Positions 1 through 11,270 of a stretch of DNA of 58,392 nucleotides are shown piece by piece. Numbering within the stretch: the first letter of the stretch is position 1; each line of letters starts with the position of its first letter. The stretch is from positions 1-58,392 of the forward strand of contig JAHLWZ010000889.1 in the NCBI GenBank assembly GCA_020536535.1. The letters run 5' to 3'. The notes under the pieces were generated by a model, which searched no databases, was not told where the DNA came from, and saw nothing but the letters and a program-made list of their open reading frames with translations. This DNA comes from Pelomyxa schiedti. Taxonomy: Eukaryota > Protista > Evosea. The translations under genes were made by a program, and so were the position numbers.

Positions 1-53
1 ACTAGTGACCCTAAAAACACAACAAGTACAAGTACAAGCACAAGCACAGAGGC
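1..53. repeat. 53-bp exact direct copy of 17644..17696 at the window edge (probable chimeric or misassembled end)
   Basis: actagtgaccctaaaaacacaacaagtacaagtacaagcacaagcacagaggc occurs at both 1..53 and 17644..17696; the sequences diverge immediately after. Confidence 0.9.
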
Positions 54-3000
54 GAGGAGGTAATTGTGGAGAGCGGCGAGGGTTTGGCCACAACTGCTGC
101 CCTGGGGGGAGGAGCAATTGCTTGGGGCCGCCCCCCACCGCCGTAGAAAGAACTAGTGGAGACAGGGGTCAGCCCGGAGGCGGTGGCGGAGGAGGAGGAG
201 GAAATGTTGACGGGGGAGGAGGCCGAGTTGCAGGCGGCATCGTGTTGCTGTTGCTGCTGGGGAGGAGGGTTCGGCGCGGCAATCCCCGATGTGGTGAGGG
301 AGGGCGAGGGCGAGAGCGAGGGGGACGGGGACGGGGATGGGGAAGGGGAAGGGGAGGGGCTCCGAGGGTTCTTGGAACCTGGGAAGCTGGAGATGGTGTT
401 TCCGCTGTAGACAATTCTGGAGGAGGGCCGCTCGGCTTGGCTGGTCACAAACCTGATGTTATCGTCTCCCCTTGGGGTTTCGGATGCACTGGTGCCGGTG
501 CTAGTGGTAATTGTCCTTGGAGACTGAATCTGTCTGGGAGAGTTCTGTGTAGTCCCCATGTCGCAATCACTGTTCTTTGCAGACTTGTTTACATTTTTAT
601 CCCACATTCTGCCATCTGCACTGGGTCTCCCATCGTTAGGCCCTGTGGGCTCTTGGTGTCCTTGACCTGAATCTTGCAATGTTCCACTTTGTCCCTCGCT
701 GAGAATGGGTAGTTCACTTGGAAATTGATGTTTTTGAGTGCCCCCATTAGTGCCGGTGCCATTATCATTGCTAGACTTAGCATTCTTGCGGATTCCACTT
801 ACCAGCGGTTTCAACTTCTCATCTTGGTGAGGTATAGAAACTGACTCGACTGTTTTGTCAACATGGGATCCCTTGCCATTGTAATGATTGTTTTTTGAAA
901 GTGTGTCACTTTCATGCCGCTCAATGTTTGGAGTGATGGAATCAACTCTGGCTCCACTTTTGTGAGAACCCTCTTTCCGATCTTTGTGCTCACTATCATT
1001 CAATGTCGGACTATGGTGCCGTTCCCTGGGAGAAGACTTCTTCTCGTCATGTCTAGTTGATCTCGCCTTATGTCCTAACAGAGTTATATATTAATCAACT
1101 ATCCTCAGAGAAGGAATACCGGTTGCTGTTTTGTGAGCCTGATTGGGCTGTGGGGGTGAATGTATGGATTCCTTTTCTTCCCAATTGTCAACGTGTACTG
1201 ATGGTAGTCGGCTGGAACTAACAAATATTATTAATATAGTACTTAACCAAAACATTTAACCTGCTCCTGGTACGCAAAGAGTTGCTGGCATTGTAAGATG
1301 CTCCACCGAATGCGTTTGTCTGTTAATGGGTGAAAGATGTGTGGAATATGAAAGAACATACCTTATCAACTCGTGCCCTCTTAACTTTTGAATCCCCAAT
1401 ATCATTACTGGGAGTTCTCTTACAACCAACATCAGATTTTTCATTTGATGGAAGAGATCCAGACAAAAACAATTCCGTTGCCTCAGTGAGTTTTGGGTCA
1501 CCGGGTTGCCTCTCAAGACAATCTTACAAAATTGATATGTATTGAGAAACATACATCGTTGAATTCAAGTAGTGAGTAATAGTTCAGGTCACTGTCAGTT
1601 TCAAGGTCTGAGCCAACAACCTGTAGCTGTTGTAAGCACACAAATGCCAATAAAAATATACCTGTAAGACTTGATCAATACTCGATATTGGTGTTCGTGG
1701 CGTTGTGAGAGTTGCTGGTTTTCCTGCATTCTTCGTCATATCGGAAAAAATCTTGGTCAAGCTTGGCCCAGACTGGAAGAGGAATCAAAAAAGCTCAAAA
1801 AAGGAGGGAAAAAGTAACATTGGGAAGAGACACTAATGACTGGAGGGGGTGGGAATCTGCATTACTCCACATGATAAATCTCATTACATCTTCCAATTTT
1901 GAAGGTGCGTAACGAGAAAGGGAACATAGTAAAGCTCCACACAACTCTGCTGCTTTTGAAAACCTGAAAAAGTGAACACCAAGAGTCTTGAAACTTTTTG
2001 CACACCCTGGACTGGTGCGAATTTTCAAAAGATTTTCAAGGAAAGTGAAGAAGGGTGACGGTGTTGAAGTGCCCTAAAGAAGTTAAGTCGACTTTTTTTC
2101 GGAGTTTTGGACTACCTCAAATACAATGCAGGAGGCACCATAAGGACGAATGCTCAGAGTAAAAAGAATGTGCAATACCGTGACATATGGCAAACTCGTT
2201 TCACTAGGCACTTCAAGAATATGCTTGAAAAGTGCAGTCACAACCTTACCCATGATAATTAGACACTAGTAAAAAAGAAAACCCCATATACCTTCCCCAA
2301 GTCAGGCGCAGGAGGGTAGGAGGCAACTATTTTGAAATCTTCACTGTGGGTCTCCTCAGCGATACTAACAAAAGGCTAATTCCTCGGTTAGTAAGTGGAT
2401 AAAGAGAACAACACTTACACAACACAGATAATAGACAAGTGCTAGTGCCCAAGAGAGAAGCGTTCCATGAGGTCTTAGACTAAGAAGAGCTGAAATTACC
2501 CCAGCACATCGGGTGTTAAGTAGGAAGGCCTTAAAAAGTTATTAAGCACGGAGCTGGAAAAAGAACAAACTTTGCCCAATGGCCTCTGTGAAACAGCTAC
2601 AAGAATGTCCAATAACTTAACTAATAGACTTTCTTTCTTTAAAGACAAGCTGGCTTCCAATCTGTTCACCACACAGTTCAGCATTGACAGAGTTCCAGGA
2701 AATTTCAGATTTGCGAGCTTGCATAACAAGGTAACAAGGACTTGGTGTGTTATTTTGCAGCTACTACCCGAGAAGTTCATAACACTGGACATCTATTTGA
2801 ATTCAGTACGCCAAAAGTCCAGTTGTCACCTCACCTCATTGACATCGAGATATGAGGTAGTTGTAGGGTTCAAAGATACAATGGAAATAAGCAGAGACAT
2901 TCCAGAATTAAAATTGATTGGAGCCTACCAAGATTAAGACTTATTATCAGTAACAATGCGAAAAACACACCGTAAGGCTGTGTTGCAACAGAGTATTGAG

Positions 3001-6000
3001 TACTTTAATGTTCCCACTGACAATCCAATCAGTTACAAACCGGGCCAGTAATTTCTCCGATCTGCGTAACTCCCAAGTATACTCGGAGAGGGGGAAAGTT
3101 TTTTCGGGTATGAAAGTAGCCCTCAAGAAAAAAGGAGAAGAGACAAGTTCGAAATTCAACTGATAATTTTTTGTTTGTCATGGGAATCTCGAAGTGGGAC
3201 AAACCTTAAGGATGGATTTCATCAAAGGTGTATTACTGTAAAATTGTTTCCAAGTGTTCTTTATCCCCAGAATCAGGGAGGACAGGATACTGAAAATAGG
3301 TACAAGGAGATCAAGATACTTTTTTATGGTATCCCAGGGCTGAAGGAAAAAAATAAATAGTTGCATGCAGACGAAAGGGTTGACCTTGTCTTCAGCATTT
3401 GAAAGCACCTTCGTTGTGTCCTCCAATAATGTCTTAAGTGCAGTCACAAAGGTCGTGTCCAAGATGTGGCTGTATTAAAGATTAAACTTGCAAGAAAAGG
3501 GGAATAGCAGAAACTAGCCTTAAAACCACATATTGCTGATTCGAAGAAAGTAAATGTGAACAAATCCGAAGTGTAGATAAGGTCATAGGAAAGTTGTATT
3601 CCCTTTTCTCATTTCCTGGTTCTAAGCCAGGAAACTTTGGGAACTCTTCAATAAATGTTGGGATCTAACAGTGGTCAGAGGACCTCAATGAATTTTTCTT
3701 ACTCCGTGTTTGAGCTCCGAAAACGGGTGCAGCCAGGACCATGAAAGTTGTGCAAGAGAAAGGGCTTCCTCAAAGCCAAAGCATGATTCAGGTTTACAAA
3801 AATGGGAAATGGCTTGGTAGATGTGATCCCCATAAGAAAGTAGCAGTTTGGTGTTCTGCTCTAACTGTGCAACCTTCATTTCAAATTAGGAAAAGCTGTA
3901 GAATGAGTAGCCGTCACATTGTGCAGAAGATATAAACTGTAATACAAAACAGACAAATTTTGTGGAAAACACTGATCCAGCTGCGAAAGAAGAAACTCCA
4001 CGCCTACGGGACTGTTGGGGACAGGTTTTTTAGTGACAGTTATAGGAAAAAGGAAGACCTTGAGAATGTTGACACAATAGCGTATTTACCAATTGGGTTC
4101 CTCATCATCATTTGAACTTCAGTAAGCAATCCAAATTTATCTTCTGTGGAATTCATCACTTATTGTTGAGAGGCTATTTTAGAGGTACCTTCTGATAACA
4201 CCCGCTCAAATAAGAGAAATGCATGGAGGTGATAAGATAAAAAATGAGACAGCATAACACAAGAACACTGCTGCGATTCGAGCATAACAGGAAGTGTGAC
4301 AAAGCATGTCATTGGCTCGTAGTGTGGGTCTAAAACCTTGGGACTGTTTAGAAGATTGAAATTTCTTAAAAAGGCTACCTGGATTATGGAATTAACGACT
4401 GTTGTATTAGAAAGGAGATACAACTGTCCAGATTGACTGCTTAGAAGATGAAGGAAGAATTTCTTTGGAATTTCAGAAAAAAAGAAAGTTGTGGGGTTTG
4501 GTAACCGTTAATATGCTAAGAAGTTTTGAAAACGCAGTATGCTGCCGTAATGCAGGATGGCTCAGTAGTAGTAAAATTGATGTGAGAAGTTCTTCTGGAA
4601 GTGGGGGTGGTGGTGGAAAAAGCTCAAATGCATTTAACGGGGAACTACATGAACTTAGTGATCAGAGGAAAAGCTATCTTACTTTTCATATGTATTTGAA
4701 GAGAATCCAGCTGATGGGTCCATGAAGCTGAGGAAAATGTCCTGGCAATGTTACTGAGGTAATCAGAAGGGCAGAGGATAGAACCACTGTAGTATCGATA
4801 ACTTGACCACATAAATCGCCAGATACTTGTTCCTTAGATTCCAATGCCTTCAATGCCTCCTGTGAGGACATGAGACAGGTTACAAAGCTAAATGGTAACA
4901 ACTGGCAATTCCGAAATTTTATCAAAGAGTTGTGTGTTGTGAAGTAAACGCTTCGCAAGATGCAAAACAGCAGTTGAATGAGGCCGAGATAAGATGAGGT
5001 TCAAGACAATTTGGTACCCAGTCTATGGTCCAAAATCAATCAAGTGAAAAAGTACAACTGACCTACTGCTCCGCTCTTGTCTCCCTGAAGGAAATGCATC
5101 ATCCCACTTGAAAAAAATGTTATCGTGGACAGAGTGTTTAGAATGTTCAATGCAAGCCATGAGGTAGCAAAACCAAGGCTGAGAAGAGAATATAAACGAG
5201 GCAGAACTCCTGCTGACTTTTCCCAAATCAAATAAATAAACTGTAATGAAAAGTTGTAGAGTTACCAAAAGGTGTGCACACAGAGTTCTAGAGAAGGGTG
5301 TCACTGTGTTAATAAAAGTAATGGCTGCATCTATAGAAGGAAGTCCTCGTTCCATGTGGAGCATTTCAACTGTCAGAGTTGCAATGGAAGACGCATCCGT
5401 TTCACTGATGATTCCAGAGCACATATGGCAGGTCTATCACAAATTAATCCTGAAAGATGGAAGCTCAAACATTAACTATTTTTGATGCATTCTCAGAGAA
5501 GTGTAAGAATGCATTCCTTACAGCACATGCATCCTTTGAAATAAAAGTTATTAATATTAAAGGGAAACGAGGCCAACATTAATCTCTAATGTGGAAATAT
5601 TTTTCAATGCAGCTGCCATAGCAATGTGTGACGTGATACCACAGCGACCATAAGAAGAAGACTTGACAAGCACTTCACGAGGCTCGGGCCATGAAGTCCA
5701 ATCCATACTAGAGGCTGGTAGTTGAGTTTGAAATACCGAAAACAGATACCTTAAATTGGAAGTCGGTGGCGACTCTGGTGGTACAGAGCATCCATAAATG
5801 CAAATGGATAAGACAGAAAAATTTCCATGAAAAACAAGGAGGTCAGTAACTTGCTGAGACAGGTATTACGATAGAGAAAAAAATGCCAGCCCAAACCGTG
5901 ATTTGTGATGGCAAATATTCCACATTATCCTGTGCTTCATGTACAAGAGCAAAGCATAAACTCCCTTCTTCTTGGACTTGACAAAAAAATTTGAGTGGTC

Positions 6001-6415
6001 CCACAGGTAGCTTTGTCTCCCTTTTTTTTAAAAGTTTAACTCACCCAAAAAAACGAAATCACGAGGCAAAAGAAGGATACCCAGTGAACTCAAGTGATTT
6101 GCTTGCCTTTACCCCAGAAGGTAACACCCTAAGATAGTGCACATACACGGGCTTCACGAATTTGACTTGCTCCGAGTGCCACCCTTCGCTCTCGTACCTA
6201 AAGGTGCCACAATACAACAATTTGCTCTGCGGGCGTTTCCCAATTCCCATCCCACAATCAGCATAAGACAATCCCCCATCTCCCTCTGCAACGCAGCCTC
6301 CCCACTCGCAACCCTTCACGCCACTTTGGCACAGTGTCACCTGTGGCAGTGATCGACGATCTGGTGAGGCCGCGTCCGTCTTCGTGGTGCATGCAACAGC
6401 TCTCACGTTGGCCAT
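54..6415 (-). CDS. VIRMA: Virilizer/VIRMA-like protein (m6A writer complex scaffold), multi-exon, 3' end probably truncated
   Basis: N-terminal LLYCGTFRY..SEQVKFVKPVYVHYLRVLPSGVKA and VTDLLVFHGNFSVLSICIYG match the VIR_N pattern (LLFLDTFKH..VRFPCVVYINEVRVIPPGVRA / TDGLVLRGWYNCLTLAIYG). Long helical middle region. Near 1181-1212, SRLPSVHVDNW resembles the virilizer C-terminal RPPSxHVDxF motif. Low-complexity S/P tail. Start is ATG 6415 or ATG 6250. Confidence 0.75.
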
Positions 6416-6523
6416 GTTGTGGTGGTAATGCGATGTTGCGGGGAGACGTGCAATTGTCCCCCGGTCGAATTTTTTTTTTTCTTCTTCTTCTTAAATAACA
6501 AAAGTCATGGTGATAGTGTGTTG

Positions 6524-7439
6524 TCACAGGTTTTGTGCGGTTCTTTTCTGTGCTACGCCGAGTTATGTAAGGAGAAGAAAAGGGTCATTGAGGGGGAAAA
6601 GATACCTGTTTCAATCAAGCAGTCAGCCAGAAGTTTGTTCACACCACTCCTCTGTTCATCCCTGGCTTGATTTTCCATGTTTGTCTTTGTGGGGGATTAG
6701 GGAGGGTGACACTTAACTTTTTGCACAACCAATGCCTGAAGAGTTTGCTCCCTTTCACTGAGGCAGGAAGCTGGTTTTCTTGATGCCATGTACTCTGCCC
6801 AGTTGAAATCCTTTTTAAATTTTCGTTTGTAGAGTTTCAGAGAGTGCATAAGCTAACTGTGACTCGATCATATTGCCGCTCTGATGTAACTCTAGTGACA
6901 TCAAGCAATCCTCTCAAATCAGAGGCAGCCGTGCTGCCATAGGTCACTTTTTCAAGAACCTATTGTTTTGTTTTGATTGTCAAATAACAATAAACAGGTC
7001 TGTCCCACTCACAGAGGCATCTGTGGGACACCATGATATGAGCATCCACTTTTCCCCAAGTCGGAACACAAGGAAACATGCCTCGTTCTCAAGAACAACA
7101 CTCTTGAGTGCGTGAAAATCTTTTACTTTAGTGAGTCCACATGCACGACACACAACAAATGATACCTTGAGACAGAGCAGTTGTCTTTTCGAGTGTTCCA
7201 GTAACATCCCAGCTACCTTGGGTGTCATTTAGTGGGGTGAGGGTACCCATGCTCCTCTACTTCAATAACTACACACACCATCAACCAGACGAATTTTGAT
7301 TGTCCTGGTGGTCGTTGCCCTCTCTCGTTGAGATTCCCACAGCCTGGCCAGTGACTCGGACACTTTTAGGGATGATCAGTTAAACGTAAGACTTCACCAC
7401 GTCGACAGTTCGATACTACACACAGTGTGCTACGGACAT
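6524..7439 (-). CDS. Twinfilin-like protein with a single ADF-H domain
   Basis: Spliced product TRTIKIRL...DFHALKSVVLENEACFLVFRLGEKWMLISWCPTDAS-VLEKVTYGST...DFNWAEYMASRKPASCLSEREQTLQAL aligns by eye with the twinfilin N-terminal ADF-H domain and linker (PCYILFRL..WIFIAWSPD..VRQKMLYA..PAPLTAAEEEL). It stops about 30 aa later. Confidence 0.65.
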
Positions 7440-7694
7440 TTTCAAATAGAAATAAACGAAAAGGAAAGGGTTGTGAGCCTGCTGGTTGTCTCTTTCTTTT
7501 ACAAATTCTCAACTTGGTTTTTTACTGGAATGCCTGTTGGCTGACTTGGTGTGTCTGTCTGTGACTTGGTTTTGCTGATGCGGTACATGTGGTACACTGA
7601 GGTGGTTGTTGCCGTGACTGTGTTCGATTGCGGTTGCGGTTGCGGTTGCGATGGAGTTTGCCTGTGCTTGAGTGGTTGTGAGATGGGGTCGTGA

Positions 7695-8174
7695 TTACTT
7701 TGGGGAGCCCTTCCTGCGGTGCTGGTGGTGACTGGGAGTATGGAGTTGATAGACTCCCTCCTCTACCAGTGGTTGTTGGTGTTCCTGGAGGCTGTTGATC
7801 CAAGAGAACACGGCAGAGTTGACAGGGGATGGGCTTGACGGAGCTTCTAGAGTGGCTTCAGTGCTCTCCAATGCCGAGGGCTCTTCAATTTGCGCCATAG
7901 ATGTTTGTGGTCCGAGGGAGGGAGTAATTGATAGAACGAAGGAATCCTCCCCATTATTATCCCCAAATAAGCCAAGGGCGTCGTTGGCGAGTTCCGAAGG
8001 TAAAGTAGGGGCTCCGGAGTGGTCCTCATATGCAAGCTGAAAGATCAACGGAAGGTGTTGCATCAAAGGTCTCAAACGCGGTACAGGCGGCGCAGAGTAA
8101 ACTGTCAAAAGGAATGGAGGAACAATAATAGGGCACACTTGAGGACCCAAGTGTGGCGTTGATGGTGAGCTCAT
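7695..8174 (-). CDS. Hypothetical S/P-rich protein (exon structure uncertain)
   Basis: 159-aa ORF with an ATG start and no recognisable motif. Confidence 0.3.
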   Translation of the reverse strand: MSSPSTPHLGPQVCPIIVPPFLLTVYSAPPVPRLRPLMQHLPLIFQLAYEDHSGAPTLPSELANDALGLFGDNNGEDSFVLSITPSLGPQTSMAQIEEPSALESTEATLEAPSSPSPVNSAVFSWINSLQEHQQPLVEEGVYQLHTPSHHQHRRKGSPK

Positions 8175-8480
8175 TCTCTACACTCGTATTCGATTTATAA
8201 TCGCCGGTTTGTTTGTACTCGTAGTCGTACAGTATATATACAGCCTTTGTCTAACGGGAAGATCTTGACGGGTCCGCTGTCGCAATTACGCCTTTGTTGT
8301 GTCCCTACACGAGCAGAGAGATCTGCGTGTTTTTTGTTTTTTTGTTCCTTTACGGAAAAAATATGGAAATACATTTATTTGAACCGGCAGGAAGACTTTA
8401 TCTGTCTCTTAGGATAAAACGGGAAAAATACCATACCCTGTGAGGGAAAGGTTCCGGATCTCACCGTATTGAGATGGTCA

Positions 8481-9661
8481 TCAAGGGTGGTTGGCCCTCT
8501 CCAAAACGTGAATGAAGAACTTCTTCAGTTCTGCAATGAGATCTTCCTCGTATCGCATCTCGATGTCGTTGTGTCCGGCATTGTCCAGTTGCAAAAAATT
8601 GAATCGCGCTTTGTCGCTGAGTTTGTTGAAAAGCATGCAGCCGTGTTCAAATGGAACAACCTGAAATTGGCAATCAAAACGAGTTTGTAAAGTTTGTATT
8701 GGGCATTTACCTCATCCTTTTTGCCATGTATGATGAATGAAGGAACCTATGAAATATGTGAGCTGGAGGTAATTGACAGTAATAATGTACACACTGAGAT
8801 TTTGTTCATTTTGGAAAGATTACAAAACATGTCAGTAAATGGAACATATGATAGTGCCGTCGAAACAACTCTCACACAAGATGCAATACCACTCTGTATA
8901 ACCATACCCCCAAATTGTCCTTTGGGAGTGTGGAGTTCTGGATGTGCACTAGTGCATAGTGTATGTGCAAGGCCTACTGTGGGGCCAGAGCCCAGGGAGC
9001 GTCCCATCAATACAATATTTTTACTTGGAATGTTTTTGTGAACCTGTTGAAAAATTAATTTGGAGAATAGGATGAAGCTATCCAAAAAAACAACAAACAT
9101 CACAAGATAAGTACAGTAAGGTATTGATAGCAAGTTGTGATATCTTCAGTACAATTTTCTTCAGTTGGGGCACCCCCATTCAACCCATACCCCGTATAAT
9201 CATATATGAGGATGTTGACCTAGAATTGAATTAGGTAAGGATGTAATTGATTGCCAACTTCCAGTCTCGGGGCAATCGATGTCATCCAATCATGGAGCAT
9301 CCCTACAAAATTACAGGACTGTGAGTCAATAGTTCCCCTTTAAACAAATCTAAACTGATCAATTGACAGACCCATATCTTCAGCATTCCCGTGAGTATAA
9401 AGCACAGTGACCCTATCGTTCCTGTAGCAACGAGGTAAACCTCCGCCCGCATTCCCCAAAGGCACCCACAGTCCCAAAAACACAAAACATAGAGAGAGAG
9501 AGAGAGATATTGAGAGCACACAAGTGATCGTCGCTGCCAATGAACAAAGCAGGAACCCTACCCCCGCCGCGCCGCTTGTCCAACCACACGTTGGGCAGCT
9601 CCCCAGAGTATGAACTGGGCGGCGGCACAAATGCAACCGACCTCACGAACGACTGCCCCAT
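8481..9661 (-). CDS. ABHD17/BEM46-like alpha/beta hydrolase
   Basis: AFVPPPSSY N-terminus, LYTHGNAEDMG, IYDYTGYG, nucleophile GRSLG, IIHGKKDEVVPFEHG and AGHND across several exons. Confidence 0.85.
9490..9508. repeat. (GA)n microsatellite within an intron
   Basis: agagagagagagagagata. Confidence 0.6.
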
Positions 9662-9864
9662 CCCTGCCGCGGATTTACACAACAAAGGTCACTCTGGACA
9701 ATGAAGGAGGGACTCGTGGTTGTAGTGCAAGTCCAACTGCGCCGGTTGTTTCTTTGATTCTTGATTTGAAGATTACACTAACTGGTTTCGTGGTTCTATT
9801 TGAAAAATGACAAACAATTGAGGGCATACATAGTATGGGGGTGATGGGGTGCTTGTATTGAGGC

Positions 9865-11097
9865 TCAAAGTGAGAGAAGTAGGTTGTAGAGTGTGGGTCT
9901 GCGGTCACGAAATAGACCCCAGGCTGCCCTTTTCCTGGATATGGAAGGGAAGTCAAACGTGGCAACAAGTATGGATTCATCAGGGGTAGGTAATTCTGGG
10001 CTCCACTGTGGTGCTGACGTGATAACGGCACCGGTTTCGTCGGTGATGAAAGAACGGCCGTAGAACGACATGGAGGAAGTGCCTGGTGACTTTCCGCGCA
10101 TGCCTCCAGAAACTCCTGCACCCATTCCCTCCTCGGTTCCAACTCTAGTGAGATGTGACGACTAAGTTTATGGTATCAAAAAATAACCTATTTGCTGCTA
10201 CTACAGGCAGCATGTTGGCGGCCGAGTGGCCTTGCATGACTCTTGTCCAATGATCCCCACTGAAGTAAGTTGGGTCGGAAGGCTCGGAACCAATTGCTGT
10301 TGGATAGGCTATTAAATCGGCTCCTTGCAGGGCCATAACTCGTGCAGCCTCTGGAAACCACTGATCCCAGCATATTCCTACTCCCAGGTTGCAGTAACGA
10401 GTCTTGTATACTTTAAAGCCAGTGTCTCCTGGGCTGAAATAGTATTTTTCCTGCCGTTCAATAGTTAAATAAGTTGCTTCGTGTTGTTTAAACCTGGTAT
10501 CCTGGGCCATGAGGGATGTGTGACTTCCTGTACACGCCAAGTATGGAGCCGTCTGCATCCAACACAGCAACGCTGTTGAAGAAAGCATTGTTGCACTTCT
10601 CAAAGAAGCTCACAGGAATAACAATTGCCAATTCCCTCGCCAAGGCACTGAGAGCCTGAACGGCTTTATTTTCTTCCAAGGTTGATGCCAGCTCAAAGTA
10701 AGCTGGATCCATATCCTAATACGGGACAAGCACAGTTGGCGTATCCCAAGAACACAACTCCGATGTTACAAATAGGATAAAAAGGAGGTTATTTTATTCG
10801 CGCTTATATACTATATTTAGCCACGCCGGATTCGGAAATGGGCAAAACCTGGCAAAAGTATCTGTTCTCGAACAACTCAGGCAGAATGACGACGTTGGCG
10901 TTGTTGGGAGGTGCCGCGGCGACCCTTATCAATCTCGTCACTCTCTCAATCATGCGACCAGCGTTTTCGAGCGACAGCAGCGGCCCATCGGGCGTCGCCA
11001 CGCACGCCATCTGCAGCGCCGCAACAACCACATTCGAAGCATCGGCCCTCCCCGCCCCCGTCCCCGTCGCCGGCGTCGCTTCACGGGCCCCTTGCAT
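9865..11097 (-). CDS. aguB: N-carbamoylputrescine amidase (nitrilase superfamily)
   Basis: Catalytic E-K-C motifs ILPELF, YRKSHIP and GICWDQWFPEAAR. Family-typical GPGYQ-EKYYFSPGDTGFKV, YPTAIGSEP, MQGHSAAN and C-terminal WGLFRDRRP. Three introns. Confidence 0.9.
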
Positions 11098-11270
11098 CTG
11101 CACCTGGAAAAGACTTTTTCTTTGATGATGATGTGTCTTAGCGAAAACCCCTGAATCATTATCACACATAGTTGTTGCTGCTCACACCGAGTGTTCCACT
11201 GGCATTAAGTGCCGGAGCAGCTGTCGAATTATATTGGATCATCCGGAGAAATCAGAAATCGTAGTAACTA

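Noticed and set aside
5-670. Gly/Arg-rich plus-strand ORF, and similar GE-repeat ORFs at 56912-57906
   Set aside because: They are antisense shadows of Ser/Pro-rich minus-strand exons.
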